64,000 bases of DNA from Burkholderiaceae bacterium (GTDB lineage Bacteria; Pseudomonadota; Gammaproteobacteria; Burkholderiales; Burkholderiaceae_B): positions 4,733-68,732 of the forward strand of contig JAMNXR010000008.1 in NCBI GenBank assembly GCA_023653055.1, given 5' to 3'. Made by a program: the position numbers and the translations under genes. A model generated the notes under the pieces. It saw only the letters and a program-made list of their open reading frames with translations. It ran no database searches and was not told the DNA's origin. This document shows, in pieces, positions 20,190 through 30,656 of this stretch (the first letter of the stretch is position 1; the number at the start of each line of letters is the position of its first letter).

Positions 20190-20635
20190 GCTTTTCCCGT
20201 ACTACCAAAGCCGCCTGTGCCTCGGTTAGAGGCTTCAAAATCTTCAACAATGTTGAACTGAATCTGGGCAATAGGTAGAACAACCAGTTGAGCAAGTCGC
20301 TCCATCGGTTCAAGCGTGTACGCGACAGCACTCCGATTCCAGGCTGAAACCATCAGTGGGCCCTGGTAGTCGGAGTCGATCAGTCCCACGAGATTACCCA
20401 GCACGATGCCATGCTTATGGCCTAGGCCAGAACGCGGCAAGATAACCGCTGCATAGCCTGGATCTGCGATGTGTATCGCTAGCCCTGTTGGAATGAGTTG
20501 TGTCATGCCAGGTTCGAGAACAAGCGGCTGATCCAGACATGCACGGAGGTCTAGGCCAGCAGAGCCACCCGTCGCATAGTCAGGTAATTGCGCTTGCATG
20601 CGAGGATCTAAAATTTTTACAGCGACGACTTTCAT
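20186..20635 (-). CDS. dut: dUTP diphosphatase
   Basis: 149 aa, GSAGLDLRA...[14 protein letters not shown]...IDSDYQG motifs. Confidence 0.95.
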   Translation of the reverse strand: MKVVAVKILDPRMQAQLPDYATGGSAGLDLRACLDQPLVLEPGMTQLIPTGLAIHIADPGYAAVILPRSGLGHKHGIVLGNLVGLIDSDYQGPLMVSAWNRSAVAYTLEPMERLAQLVVLPIAQIQFNIVEDFEASNRGTGGFGSTGKA

Positions 20636-20654
20636 AGTGTTCTCGACATTCTAT

Positions 20655-21371
20655 TTAGGTATCGTTATTTGAACGAATACGTTTGCGTAAGCTTGTTTGT
20701 CTATTTTTGACGACACGTCGCTGGCGAATGACAAGCCAGATAATGGTGGCAATCACTGCGAGACCGACAATAGAGTAAGCAGTTGAATGTTGCCCTTGTT
20801 TGAGTGCTTCAACACTCAGAGAGGCAAGATAGCCGGGCGCGAGCAGGGCTGGCAGCCAGAGAATCGCTGAGATGACATTGGCAATTTGAAAGCGAAGTTC
20901 TGGCATGCCCATGACGCCCGCTACCGTTGGAATAAAACAGCGCAAAGGGCCCAAGAAACGGGCAATCAACACGGCTAGAAAACCATATCGATAGAAAAAA
21001 AGACGAGCACGCGCGACTTGACGTCTGTGTGCATTTAAATATCTGTGCCTCAAAAATTTTGGTCCCATCCAGCGACCAAGCCAAAAGGAGAGGGCGTCGC
21101 CGACAATGGCACCGATGATCCCCCAAAACAAAATCGTTCCGGCATCAAGAATGCCTGTTGCAATGAGCGTTCCTGTTGCAAATAGCAATACTGTTGCGGG
21201 TATAAAAATTCCAAGCACAAATAAAGACTCGCCTAATGCCATTAGGAAAATAACGAGACCCGCCCATGACTGATTGTTTTGAATAAATAAGACAAGTTGG
21301 TCGATCAGCGCTTGCATGTCAATACCTGAGGGGTTAACGAGAGGGTTTGGATTGTTTAAAGCGCTCAGCAA
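20655..21371 (-). CDS. DedA/VTT-domain family membrane protein
   Basis: Polytopic membrane protein, ...GDALSFWLGRWMG...FFYRYGFLAVLIARFLGPLR. An internal ATG at 21317 would remove the 38-nt overlap with coaBC. Confidence 0.8.
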   Translation of the reverse strand: MLSALNNPNPLVNPSGIDMQALIDQLVLFIQNNQSWAGLVIFLMALGESLFVLGIFIPATVLLFATGTLIATGILDAGTILFWGIIGAIVGDALSFWLGRWMGPKFLRHRYLNAHRRQVARARLFFYRYGFLAVLIARFLGPLRCFIPTVAGVMGMPELRFQIANVISAILWLPALLAPGYLASLSVEALKQGQHSTAYSIVGLAVIATIIWLVIRQRRVVKNRQTSLRKRIRSNNDT

Positions 21372-22539
21372 TTGCGTGAATCAGCTGGCGGGCGACCTCT
21401 TGCTTAGTTTCCTTGGGCAAAACGTGTTCTCCTTGGTCATCAAAAATGGTGACCGTCGTGTGATCCGCATCCATGACGTGTTGGGCCAGGTTTCCGATAA
21501 GCATCGGAATGCCTTTGCGAAGCCTCTTGGCATGTGCGAATTCAGAGAGATTTTCGGTCTCAGCAGCAAACCCTACGCACCAGGGACCTGTCTGTTGTGC
21601 GGCGACCTCTGCAAGGATATCTGGATTGGCCACAAAATTGAGTTCTGGGGTCGAAGTCCCATCTTTCTTGATTTTCTCGGAGGATATATTTTGAATTCGC
21701 CAGTCCGCTACCGCCGCGACAGCGATAAAAATATCTTGGCCAGACAAATGTGACATCACCACATCACGCATTTGTTGAGCGGTATCAACATTTAAACGCG
21801 TAACGCCAAAGGGACATGGCAAGGATGTCGGTCCTGAAATGAGCGTTACGCTTGCACCCGCTTCCCAGGCCGCTTCGGCTAGCGCGTAACCCGTCTTTCC
21901 AGAAGAGCGATTACTCAGCACCCGGACGGGGTCTATGGGTTCAACGGTAGGGCCAGCCGTCAAAAGAACACGTAACCCTGCAAGTAGTTTAGGTTGAAAA
22001 AAACGTTTTAGCTCAGCTACGATCTGAAGTGGCTCGAGCATGCGACCATCGCCAGTCTCGCCACACGCTTGCTCACCGCTGCCGGGGCCAAATATTTCGA
22101 TACCGTCTTGCGTCAATTGTGCAACGTTTCGTTGCGTAGGGGCGGCGAGCCACATTTCGCGATTCATCGCAGGCGCGACCAACAAGGGGCAAGCCCGAGC
22201 AAGGCATAGTGTGGAGAGCAAATCATCGGCACGGCCTTGTACGAGCTTGGCCATAAAGTCTGCAGAAGCAGGCGCGATCAGAATGGCATCCGCACCCCTA
22301 GAGAGCTGGATATGCGCCATATTGTTGTGAACACGATTATCCCAGGCATCCACAAACACAGGCCGACCGCTTAAGGCCTGCATAGTCACAGGTGTAATAA
22401 AACGTGTTGCCGCCTCAGTCATGACAACATCGACTTGCGCGCCTCTTTCGATGAGTCTGCGGACGAGATCGGCAGCCTTGTAGCAGGCAATGCCACCACT
22501 CAAACCCAACACAATCCGTTTATCAAGAAGATCTTGCAT
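21334..22539 (-). CDS. coaBC: Bifunctional phosphopantothenoylcysteine decarboxylase / phosphopantothenate-cysteine ligase
   Basis: LLDKRIVLGLSGGIACYKA flavoprotein N-domain and a C-terminal CoaB domain. I prefer the Met at 22539; the ORF track extends to 22566. Confidence 0.9.
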   Translation of the reverse strand: MQDLLDKRIVLGLSGGIACYKAADLVRRLIERGAQVDVVMTEAATRFITPVTMQALSGRPVFVDAWDNRVHNNMAHIQLSRGADAILIAPASADFMAKLVQGRADDLLSTLCLARACPLLVAPAMNREMWLAAPTQRNVAQLTQDGIEIFGPGSGEQACGETGDGRMLEPLQIVAELKRFFQPKLLAGLRVLLTAGPTVEPIDPVRVLSNRSSGKTGYALAEAAWEAGASVTLISGPTSLPCPFGVTRLNVDTAQQMRDVVMSHLSGQDIFIAVAAVADWRIQNISSEKIKKDGTSTPELNFVANPDILAEVAAQQTGPWCVGFAAETENLSEFAHAKRLRKGIPMLIGNLAQHVMDADHTTVTIFDDQGEHVLPKETKQEVARQLIHAIAERFKQSKPSR

Positions 22540-23062
22540 GCTGACCCCGAAGGCGAAGAATTTCATCGACGATTAAAAGGATAGCACCAACAGTGATGCC
22601 CGCATCGGCTACGTTGAAAGCAGGGTAATACCAGTTTTGCCAATAAAAAAGCAAAAAATCTACGACATGTCCATACGCGATACGATCAATCACATTACCT
22701 AGTGCACCGCCAAGAATCAGTGTGAGCGCAAACATAAATCGATGCTGCGAGCGGTGCGTATGCATCATCCAAAGAATAAAGGCACTCGCTCCAAAACCTA
22801 AAGTTGTAAAGAACCAACGTTGCCATCCTGGCTGATCAGCAAGAAAACTAAATGCAGCGCCCTTGTTGTAGAGCAAGGTGAAGTCAAAAATTGGCAAAAT
22901 GTTGATACGCTCCCCATAGCGTAGGGCATGATCAAAACCAATCTTGGTGATTTGATCCACCACAATCAAGAACAAAGCCGCTAACAGCCATCTCCCCATT
23001 CCGCGATAGGAAGGTTTGTCGTTGGCTGTGGCATCCGGCTTGTCTTGTTGGGCGCTTTCCAT
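22523..23062 (-). CDS. lspA: Lipoprotein signal peptidase (signal peptidase II)
   Basis: 179 aa, ...NKGAAFSFL...GGALGNVIDR...FNVAD motifs. It lies 2 nt after the ileS stop. Confidence 0.9.
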   Translation of the reverse strand: MESAQQDKPDATANDKPSYRGMGRWLLAALFLIVVDQITKIGFDHALRYGERINILPIFDFTLLYNKGAAFSFLADQPGWQRWFFTTLGFGASAFILWMMHTHRSQHRFMFALTLILGGALGNVIDRIAYGHVVDFLLFYWQNWYYPAFNVADAGITVGAILLIVDEILRLRGQHARSS

Positions 23063-23064
23063 TC

Positions 23065-25911
23065 TTAGCCAGCCCCAGCTTCATTCAAACTGTCCACACA
23101 CCGACCACAAATATGCGGATGGACAGGGTCTTGTCCAATATCATCTCGCCAATGCCAACATCGTTCACACTTTTGGTGTGTAGAGGGAGCAATACTGATG
23201 TCGAGATCACCGGTGCCGGCGTGAACACCCACGCGAGAGACGATAAAAATAAAGGGAAGTTGATCTGCAACGGTTTGTAATAAGGCGAGGTCAAGACCAC
23301 TTGCCGTCAAATCCACCTCTCCTTGCAAGGAAGAACCAATGCTGCCGGCACTGCGTAAGTCTTCAAGTTTGCGCATAACAAGCGCCCGAATTTCGCGCAA
23401 ACGCGTCCAGCGTTGTTCAAGCTCTTGGGCACCAGAGACGGCAGGCATGGTGTGGAAGCATTCAGTGAAAATGGTCAGACGACCAATGTCTGGAGAGGAC
23501 TTCAGTGCTGAGCTGAGCAAAATATCCCACGCTTCTTCGGCCGTAAATGACAGTACCGGCGCCATCAACTTGAGTAAGGACTGCGTGATGTGTAAAAGCG
23601 CTGTTTGAGCCGAACGACGTGCCAGGCTGCGTGGAGCTGATGTGTAAAGCCGATCTTTTAGAACATCAAGATAAAACGCACCAAGATCTTCGGAGCAGAA
23701 ATGCTGCAAACGCGACATGGCGGGGTGGAAGTCGTATTTCTCAAAATGCGACAGAACCTCTGACTGCATGTGCGCAGTCATCGAGAGTGCATATCGATCA
23801 ATTTCTAGCATGTCAGCCACAGCAACGATGTCCGCAGAGGCATCAAAGTCGGCGAGGTTGGCTAGCAAGAAACGTAACGTATTCCGTATACGGCGATAAC
23901 TTTCGACTACGCGCTTGAGGATCTCGTCAGAAATGGTTAACTCGCCAGAGTAGTCTGTACTCGCCACCCACAAACGCAATATTTCTGCGCCTAGGCTATC
24001 GGACACTTTTTGAGGCGCAATGACATTACCAACTGATTTACTCATTTTGCGGCCCTGACCATCCACCACAAAGCCGTGAGTCAATAGGCTCTTGTAGGGA
24101 GCGCGTCCAGACAACATACAACCCGTCAACAACGAAGAGTGAAACCAACCGCGATGTTGATCTGAACCTTCGAGATACATATCAGCTGGCCACGTGAGTT
24201 CACCGTGCGAACCCTGATGCTGGTTGTCTGGTCCACCTAAGACGGTAGCGTGGGTTGTACCTGAATCAAACCAAACGTCGAGTGTGTCGCGATTCTTTTC
24301 GTAATCTTTCGCATCATCGCCAAGCAGATCAGCCGGTTCAATTGCCTGCCAAGCTTCAATACCGTTTTTCTCAACGCGCTTGGCGACTTCTTCGAGAAGT
24401 GCAGGTGTATTTGGATGAAGCGCGCCTGTTTCTTTATGAATAAAGAACGCCATAGGCACACCCCATTGGCGTTGACGGGACAAAGTCCAGTCAGGTCGAT
24501 TCGCGATCATTGCATGCAAACGTGCACGTCCCCAAGCCGGGTAAAACGCTGTGGCATCGATTGCAGCCAAGGCACTTTGGCGTAAGGTCACGTCGCCGTC
24601 GACCGGATGAACATCCATCCCCGCAAACCATTGGCTTGTCGCGCGGTAAATAATGGGTGTTTTATGACGCCAGCAATGCATGTAACTATGAGAATGGGGC
24701 TCTGTCTTAAGGAGTGCGCCTGCGGAACTCAAGGCTTCAACAATCTTTGGGTTAGCTGCCCAAATGTTCAAACCACCAAACATCGGTAAGGAAGGGACAA
24801 ATCTGCCGTCACCCATTACAGGATTGATGATGTCGGCATCTTGCATGCCATTTGCTTTGCAGGATTGAAAATCCTCGACACCATACGCAGGAGCCGAGTG
24901 CACAACACCCGTTCCAGTGTCTAACGTGACATAGTCGCCAAGATAAATCGGTGAGACGCGTCGGTAGCCTTGGTCTACTTCTGCCAGAGGATGAGTGAAC
25001 GTAATCTTGTCAAGCGCGAGGCCCACACATTGCGCGATGATTTCACCTTCGAGTCCCCACTCCTTGAGGCAAGCTTCCACACGGTCTGCAGCCAAAATGA
25101 GCAGTGAACCCGTGGCAGGAGCAGGAGAGACGCGAACCAATGCGTATTTAAATTCTGGATGAATATTGAGCGCTTGGTTAGAGGGAATGGTCCAAGGCGT
25201 GGTGGTCCAAATAACAATCGCGCCGGCATCGACTTCAGGCAACCCAAAAGCTTTTGCAAGCGCAGGGCGGTCTGCAAAAGGAAACGCGATGTGAACAGCA
25301 GGATCCTTGCGATCTGCGTATTCGACCTCGGCTTCAGCCAATGCCGAGCCGCAATCAAAACACCAATTCACAGGCTTGAGACCACGGAAAACATAGCCCT
25401 TTTCTAAAATTCGCCCTAGCGCGCGAATCTCATTAGCCTCGTTGCTGAAGTTCATGGTCAGATAAGGACGATTCCAATCACCCAGCACGCCTAATCGCTC
25501 AAAGTCCTTTTTCTGACGCTCTATTTGCTCAAGCGCGTAAGCCCGGGCTTTAGCTTGCACTTCGGCGACAGGCAAGTGTTTTCCGAACTTCTTTTCGATC
25601 TGAATTTCGATGGGCATGCCATGACAATCCCACCCTGGGACATACGCCGCATCAAAACCCGCCATGTTGCGACTTTTAACGATGATGTCCTTGAGTATTT
25701 TATTGACCGCGTGACCGATATGAATGTCGCCATTCGCATAGGGAGGGCCGTCATGCAAGAGAAAAGTGGGGCGACCGCGGCTAGCGTCTCTAATCGCTTG
25801 GTAGACCTTTTTTTCTTGCCATTGGGCGACCCATGCGGGTTCACGACGCGGAAGGTCTCCACGCATCGGGAAGGGTGTATCGGGCAGGTTGAGTGTGTTT
25901 TTATAGTCCAT
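23065..25911 (-). CDS. ileS: Isoleucine-tRNA ligase
   Basis: [20 protein letters not shown]..., HIGH-type motif [13 protein letters not shown] motif, C-terminal zinc-finger cysteines. The ATG at 25911 is preferred over the ORF-track start at 25950, which overlaps ribF. Confidence 0.95.
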   Translation of the reverse strand: MDYKNTLNLPDTPFPMRGDLPRREPAWVAQWQEKKVYQAIRDASRGRPTFLLHDGPPYANGDIHIGHAVNKILKDIIVKSRNMAGFDAAYVPGWDCHGMPIEIQIEKKFGKHLPVAEVQAKARAYALEQIERQKKDFERLGVLGDWNRPYLTMNFSNEANEIRALGRILEKGYVFRGLKPVNWCFDCGSALAEAEVEYADRKDPAVHIAFPFADRPALAKAFGLPEVDAGAIVIWTTTPWTIPSNQALNIHPEFKYALVRVSPAPATGSLLILAADRVEACLKEWGLEGEIIAQCVGLALDKITFTHPLAEVDQGYRRVSPIYLGDYVTLDTGTGVVHSAPAYGVEDFQSCKANGMQDADIINPVMGDGRFVPSLPMFGGLNIWAANPKIVEALSSAGALLKTEPHSHSYMHCWRHKTPIIYRATSQWFAGMDVHPVDGDVTLRQSALAAIDATAFYPAWGRARLHAMIANRPDWTLSRQRQWGVPMAFFIHKETGALHPNTPALLEEVAKRVEKNGIEAWQAIEPADLLGDDAKDYEKNRDTLDVWFDSGTTHATVLGGPDNQHQGSHGELTWPADMYLEGSDQHRGWFHSSLLTGCMLSGRAPYKSLLTHGFVVDGQGRKMSKSVGNVIAPQKVSDSLGAEILRLWVASTDYSGELTISDEILKRVVESYRRIRNTLRFLLANLADFDASADIVAVADMLEIDRYALSMTAHMQSEVLSHFEKYDFHPAMSRLQHFCSEDLGAFYLDVLKDRLYTSAPRSLARRSAQTALLHITQSLLKLMAPVLSFTAEEAWDILLSSALKSSPDIGRLTIFTECFHTMPAVSGAQELEQRWTRLREIRALVMRKLEDLRSAGSIGSSLQGEVDLTASGLDLALLQTVADQLPFIFIVSRVGVHAGTGDLDISIAPSTHQKCERCWHWRDDIGQDPVHPHICGRCVDSLNEAGAG

Positions 25912-26866
25912 GGAGCGCAAAGTAAGCGCGCGCATGCTGTGCATCGGCATGCATGGCGGCAGTCAAGGTTGGCAGATCGGGAAACTTCTCTTCATCCCGC
26001 AAATGTTGCAGGAGTTCTACGCGCACGAGTTTACCGTATGCGTCTACATTCAGATCAAATAAGTGGGTTTCAAGCAAAATTCTTCCATCATCTTCGACGG
26101 TTGGGCGAACGCCTAGGCTAGCGACTCCTGGCAGCGCTGTTAGGCCGAGACCGTGTGCACGCACGACGTAAATGCCAGAGCGTGCAGCGCAACGTGGTGT
26201 GACATGCATGTTCATGGTTGGCATATTCAGTGTGCGACCGAGTTTTTTGCCGTGAACAATATGACCCGTCATGCCAAAAGGGCGTCCTAGTAGGCTCGCA
26301 GCACGACGAACATCCCCCGCTGCGAGTGCGCCGCGGACTTCTGAGCTTGAAATACGGTGTCCATGTTCGTCGGTAATGTCACTGATGGTATGGACTTCAA
26401 TGCCGCAAGTTTGTCCAAGTTCTTTGAGTAGTTTGACGTCCCCCATTCGCTGGCGACCAAAACGAAAATCTTCGCCTACCAACAACCACCGGACATTGAG
26501 CTCAACAGCCAGCCACTTTGTTACAAAGTCTGAGGCAGACATTTCAGCCATGGCTTGATTAAATCTGGCGAGCACCACGCGCGCGACGCCTGCCTGGGAA
26601 AGGGCAGTGAGTTTGTCTCTGAGCCCAGTAATTTGCGGCGGCGATAACTCTGGCCGGTGATTGAGATGCGCAAAGTACTGACGCGGGTGCGGTGCAAAGG
26701 TCAAGACAGTTGGAGAGAGTCCGAGTCGCTCTGCCGCGTCACAGACTAGCGCAATCATGGCCTGATGCCCACGATGAACCCCGTCAAAGTTGCCAATTGA
26801 CAAGGCGCAGGGTAGGCGCAATTCGGGCGCGGGGGCTTGACGAAAAATGCTGAGAATGGTTTTCAC
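25901..26866 (-). CDS. ribF: Bifunctional riboflavin kinase / FMN adenylyltransferase
   Basis: 321 aa, [13 protein letters not shown] and a C-terminal kinase domain ...[10 protein letters not shown].... GTG start. Confidence 0.9.
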   Translation of the reverse strand: MKTILSIFRQAPAPELRLPCALSIGNFDGVHRGHQAMIALVCDAAERLGLSPTVLTFAPHPRQYFAHLNHRPELSPPQITGLRDKLTALSQAGVARVVLARFNQAMAEMSASDFVTKWLAVELNVRWLLVGEDFRFGRQRMGDVKLLKELGQTCGIEVHTISDITDEHGHRISSSEVRGALAAGDVRRAASLLGRPFGMTGHIVHGKKLGRTLNMPTMNMHVTPRCAARSGIYVVRAHGLGLTALPGVASLGVRPTVEDDGRILLETHLFDLNVDAYGKLVRVELLQHLRDEEKFPDLPTLTAAMHADAQHARAYFALHGL

Positions 26867-26910
26867 GAGTGACAGTTTACAATTTCAGGCTAGCCTTATC
26901 ATGGAATACC

Positions 26911-27576
26911 ATGTCCGACCCCAAAAATATACGCCCTCGCTTTGTCATTTTGATCTCAGGTCAGGGATCCAACATGCAGGCAATCGTGCAGGCCTGCCAG
27001 ACTGGTGCATGCGCTGCAGAGGTGGTTGCCGTGATTGCGAGTCGTGCGCAGACCTCTGGATTGACGTGGGCCGCCGAACAGGGGATTCGTACCATAGGCT
27101 TAGCGCACAAAGCCTTTGACTCCAGAGAGTCTTTCGATGCCGCGCTTGCGGAGTCCATAGACCAGTTTGAACCTCATTACGTGTTGCTAGCCGGCTTTAT
27201 GCGGGTGTTAACCCCTGGCTTTGTTGAGCGCTATGCTGGTAGGCTTGTCAATATCCATCCTTCCTTGTTGCCAGCCTTTCCTGGACTCCATACCCATGCT
27301 CAAGCGATCGCTACGGGTGTTCAATCTCATGGATGCACCGTACACTTCGTGACGCCCGTGTTGGATCACGGTCCAATTATTGCGCAGGGTGTTGTCCCAG
27401 TTCTGCATGACGACACCCCCGAGACTCTCGCCTTAAGAGTGCTGGACATGGAACACCACATTTATCCGCAAGTTGCAGGTTGGCTTGCGCAGGGCCGAGT
27501 TCATCTGACCAGCGATCAGCGCGTTCAGGTGGACGGCATCACCACACGACTTTTCACACCAGGCCACTATTTATGA
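26911..27576 (+). CDS. purN: Phosphoribosylglycinamide formyltransferase
   Basis: FVILISGQGSNMQAI...LAGFMRVL...NIHPSLLP motifs. The ATG at 26911 is preferred over 26869. Confidence 0.9.
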   Translation: MSDPKNIRPRFVILISGQGSNMQAIVQACQTGACAAEVVAVIASRAQTSGLTWAAEQGIRTIGLAHKAFDSRESFDAALAESIDQFEPHYVLLAGFMRVLTPGFVERYAGRLVNIHPSLLPAFPGLHTHAQAIATGVQSHGCTVHFVTPVLDHGPIIAQGVVPVLHDDTPETLALRVLDMEHHIYPQVAGWLAQGRVHLTSDQRVQVDGITTRLFTPGHYL

Positions 27577-29354
27577 GCAATCCCAGCAAACCAAGCCGTC
27601 GGCCCCATGGCGCGACGGGTGCAGGGCGCACCAACAAAAAAGATGAGGCGCGTGCTGCTGCATTGAGTGCTTCTTCTGGCAAGGTCAGACCGGGTTCTGC
27701 GACTGAAAGACTGATGAACGCTCAGCCGCGTGGGCCACGACTCCAGGGTGACCGCGGTTTTACCGGTCAAGGCGACGGTCTGCCTTACGGCGCTGAAAAA
27801 CCAACTGTGGTTTCAACCTATGTGCCAAAGCCTCGTCAACCGGTCATGACGGTTCGACTGGATCAAATCCGCCAGGTACTGGATGAAGTGTTGACTTGGC
27901 GCTTTGCCGCAGACTCGATTGTTTCGCATTGGTTTAGAGCGCACCCCAAACTCGGTATTCGCGATCGCGCAGAGGTCGCGGAGGTTGTGTATGACGTATT
28001 ACGTCACTTGCGTCGCTATCGCCAGCTCGGTGAGAGCGGAGTCGGTAATGCGGTCCGCCGTTTAGCGATTCAGGGCGCCATTGCCACGATGGGTGCTGAC
28101 AAGGTGCGACCTGTTTTGGACACTGGTGAGTTGGCTTGGCTCGATAGAATTGCCCAGATTGATGAGCAGTCCTTGTCTTTGCAGGTGCGTACTAGTTTGC
28201 CCGATTGGTTGTTTGATCGCATCAAGGATATGCCCGAGCTTGAATCCTTAACGACTGCGCTTAACAGCGCCGCGCCGCTGGATATCCGCGTCAACCCAAT
28301 GAAAGCGGATCGTGACGACATGCTGGCCGATTTAATTAAAGGCAATGGCGTACGCCATGCTCCTGTTGCGACACCGTATTCACCTTGGGGAATCCGTCTA
28401 AAAGGACGTCCTGCCATGAATAAGTGGCACCAGTTTGAGCATGGCTTGATTGAGGTGCAGGACGAGGGGAGTCAGTTACTCGCTTTGTTAGTCGGGCCAA
28501 AGCGCGGCGAAATGGTGATTGATTTTTGTGCGGGTGCAGGGGGTAAAACATTACTGCTTGGTGCCCTGATGCGCTCCACGGGTAGGCTGTATGCGTTTGA
28601 TGTATCAGCGACTCGGCTGGCAAAAGCTAAGCCACGCTTTGCTCGAAGCGGATTGTCCAATATTGTGCCGGTCGCAATTGAGCATGAAAACGACACGCGT
28701 GTTCGTCGGCTTGCCGGTAAAGCACATCGTGTTTTGGTGGATGCACCATGTAGCGGCGTAGGTACTTTGCGTCGCAACCCTGATTTGAAGTGGCGCCAAT
28801 CTGTTCAGAGCCTTCAAGAACTCACGGCTCTGCAGGCTCGCATTTTGGCAAGTGCTTCACGATGCGTCGCCCCTGGAGGACGTCTTGTATACGCCACGTG
28901 CAGCATTTTAAAAGAGGAAAATCAGGATCAGGCAGCGCTGTTTTTGGTCAACCATCCTGAATTTGAACTGGTCGATGCGGCCCCTATTTTGTCAGCGCGC
29001 ACAGATCTCCAAATTGAAGGTCCTTATCTAAGTTTGCGTCCGGACGTTCACGGTACAGATGGCTTCTTTGCTGCTATCTTTGAAAGAAAGAAAATTTTAG
29101 TAGCCGAGAGGTTAGAAAGTGAGATTGAGCAGGTGTCAGATGCCGAGTCTGACATTCTTTCAGCTTCTGACGCGCTGCTTGCGCCTGATAATCAAGAATT
29201 GCTTGAACCGCATGTTGATACAGAAGTTGAAGCAGAAGCTGAGCCCATAGTTAAACCTAAGGCCAAACCAAGGGCAAAACCTAAAGCTAAAGTTAAAGCT
29301 AAAGTTAAAGCAGCAGATAAGCCTAAATCTGAAGATACCTCCGATAAGCCTTAA
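27573..29354 (+). CDS. rsmB: NOL1/NOP2/Sun-family RNA m5C methyltransferase (RsmB-like) with basic low-complexity N- and C-terminal extensions
   Basis: Core motifs DFCAGAGGKT, DAPCSGVGTLRRNPD, YATCS. ATG at 27573 overlaps the purN TGA (ATGA). The C-terminus is ...KPKAKPRAKPKAKVKAKVKAADKPK. Confidence 0.8.
   Translation: MSNPSKPSRRPHGATGAGRTNKKDEARAAALSASSGKVRPGSATERLMNAQPRGPRLQGDRGFTGQGDGLPYGAEKPTVVSTYVPKPRQPVMTVRLDQIRQVLDEVLTWRFAADSIVSHWFRAHPKLGIRDRAEVAEVVYDVLRHLRRYRQLGESGVGNAVRRLAIQGAIATMGADKVRPVLDTGELAWLDRIAQIDEQSLSLQVRTSLPDWLFDRIKDMPELESLTTALNSAAPLDIRVNPMKADRDDMLADLIKGNGVRHAPVATPYSPWGIRLKGRPAMNKWHQFEHGLIEVQDEGSQLLALLVGPKRGEMVIDFCAGAGGKTLLLGALMRSTGRLYAFDVSATRLAKAKPRFARSGLSNIVPVAIEHENDTRVRRLAGKAHRVLVDAPCSGVGTLRRNPDLKWRQSVQSLQELTALQARILASASRCVAPGGRLVYATCSILKEENQDQAALFLVNHPEFELVDAAPILSARTDLQIEGPYLSLRPDVHGTDGFFAAIFERKKILVAERLESEIEQVSDAESDILSASDALLAPDNQELLEPHVDTEVEAEAEPIVKPKAKPRAKPKAKVKAKVKAADKPKSEDTSDKP
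29283..29310 (+). repeat. Short coding tandem repeat (12-mer AAAGCTAAAGTT x2.3) inside the Lys/Ala/Pro tail of the RsmB-like gene
   Basis: Direct reading of 29283-29294 and 29295-29306, which are identical. Confidence 0.8.
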
Positions 29355-29432
29355 ATAGTTGATTTTGCGCAAATATTTGAGGGTTTTTACTAGCAGATAA
29401 CCCTATGCTAGGCTAAAATTCTAACTATCTTA

Positions 29433-30656
29433 ATGTCTTGGATCATAGACACTTACATGAACGATTTCATTTCTTTTGCAGCAGGTGGTTTGCTCCAGGC
29501 TAACTGGTGGCAGGTAGTGCTTTTTACGTTGGGTATGACGCACGTTACCATCGTTGCCGTAACGGTCTTTTTGCACCGTAGTCAGGCGCACCGCGGCCTG
29601 GATCTCCATCCGGCGGTTATGCACTTTTTCCGTTTCTGGCTTTGGATGACCACTGGAATGGTCACAAAAGAATGGGTATCGATTCATCGCAAGCACCATG
29701 CACGTTGTGAGCGCGAGGGCGATCCTCATTCACCGATGATTTACGGCATTGGTAAAGTTTTGTTTAGTGGTGCTGAGCTGTATCGCCATGAGTCCAAAAA
29801 TGCCGAGACGATTTCTAAGTTTGGTCACGGCACGCCTGATGATTGGATCGAACGCAACGTCTACACGCGTTTTAGCGCCCGCGGCATCATTTTGATGCTG
29901 ATCATCGACGTGACTTTGTTTGGTGCGATCGGGTTCACGATTTGGGCAATCCAAATGGCGTGGATTCCTTTTTGGGCTGCCGGCGTGGTCAATGGTATCG
30001 GTCATTATTTCGGTTATCGCAACTTCGCAAGCCCAGACACTAGTACCAACGTTTTTCCGATCGGGATCTTGATTGGTGGAGAAGAACTTCACAACAATCA
30101 CCATGCTTACGGTACCTCAGCTAAATTTTCAAGCAAATGGTACGAGTTGGACATCGGTTGGGTTTACATCCTGGGTCTCAAGGCGCTTGGATTAGCCAAT
30201 ATTAAAAAAGTCGCACCCAAGTTGAAATTAGAGGCGAATGGCAAGGCAGGGGTTGATCTTCGTACCCTTCAAGGGGTCATTGCACATCGCTACGAAATTC
30301 TTGCCCGTTATACCGGCATTATGAAAATTGCCTGCAAGGATGAGTTGATTCGTTTAAAAGCTTCAAAAGCGGACACCAAGGCGGATGCGCTGGCAGCTGC
30401 GACGCACTGGCTCGGGCGGGGCGAAGAGAACCTCGCGCCAGCTGAACGTGCTCGAATCGAGCAAGCGATTTCACAAAATGATTCTTTGTCTACGCTCGTC
30501 TTGATGCGTCATGATTTGGTCAAGCTATGGGACAGCTCCACTGCATCCAGCGAACAGTTATTGCATGATTTGCAGGCGTGGTGCCAACGTGCTCAGCAAA
30601 GCGGTATTGCGAGCCTTGAGGAGTTCGCTCTGCGTCTTCGCCGCTATGCGGCATGA
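29433..30656 (+). CDS. Membrane fatty-acid (acyl-lipid/acyl-CoA delta-9 type) desaturase, DesA-like
   Basis: 407 aa with three histidine boxes HRSQAHR, HRKHH and HNNHH plus TM segments. Confidence 0.85.
   Translation: MSWIIDTYMNDFISFAAGGLLQANWWQVVLFTLGMTHVTIVAVTVFLHRSQAHRGLDLHPAVMHFFRFWLWMTTGMVTKEWVSIHRKHHARCEREGDPHSPMIYGIGKVLFSGAELYRHESKNAETISKFGHGTPDDWIERNVYTRFSARGIILMLIIDVTLFGAIGFTIWAIQMAWIPFWAAGVVNGIGHYFGYRNFASPDTSTNVFPIGILIGGEELHNNHHAYGTSAKFSSKWYELDIGWVYILGLKALGLANIKKVAPKLKLEANGKAGVDLRTLQGVIAHRYEILARYTGIMKIACKDELIRLKASKADTKADALAAATHWLGRGEENLAPAERARIEQAISQNDSLSTLVLMRHDLVKLWDSSTASSEQLLHDLQAWCQRAQQSGIASLEEFALRLRRYAA

Noticed and set aside
21316-21753. 145-aa plus-strand ORF
   Set aside because: It is antisense to coaBC and the dedA-family gene start. 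It is a shadow ORF.
25525-26121. 198-aa plus-strand ORF spanning the ileS/ribF junction
   Set aside because: It is antisense to two well-supported genes and has no motifs.
27480-27572. Upstream extension of the RsmB-like ORF
   Set aside because: It lies entirely inside the purN coding sequence. The ATG at 27573 forms a typical ATGA junction with the purN stop.
29250-29330. Tandem repeat as a possible CRISPR, VNTR or regulatory array
   Set aside because: There are only about 2.3 copies of a 12-mer. It is in frame and encodes the KAKV/KPKA tail of the methyltransferase, so it is coding low-complexity sequence rather than an array.
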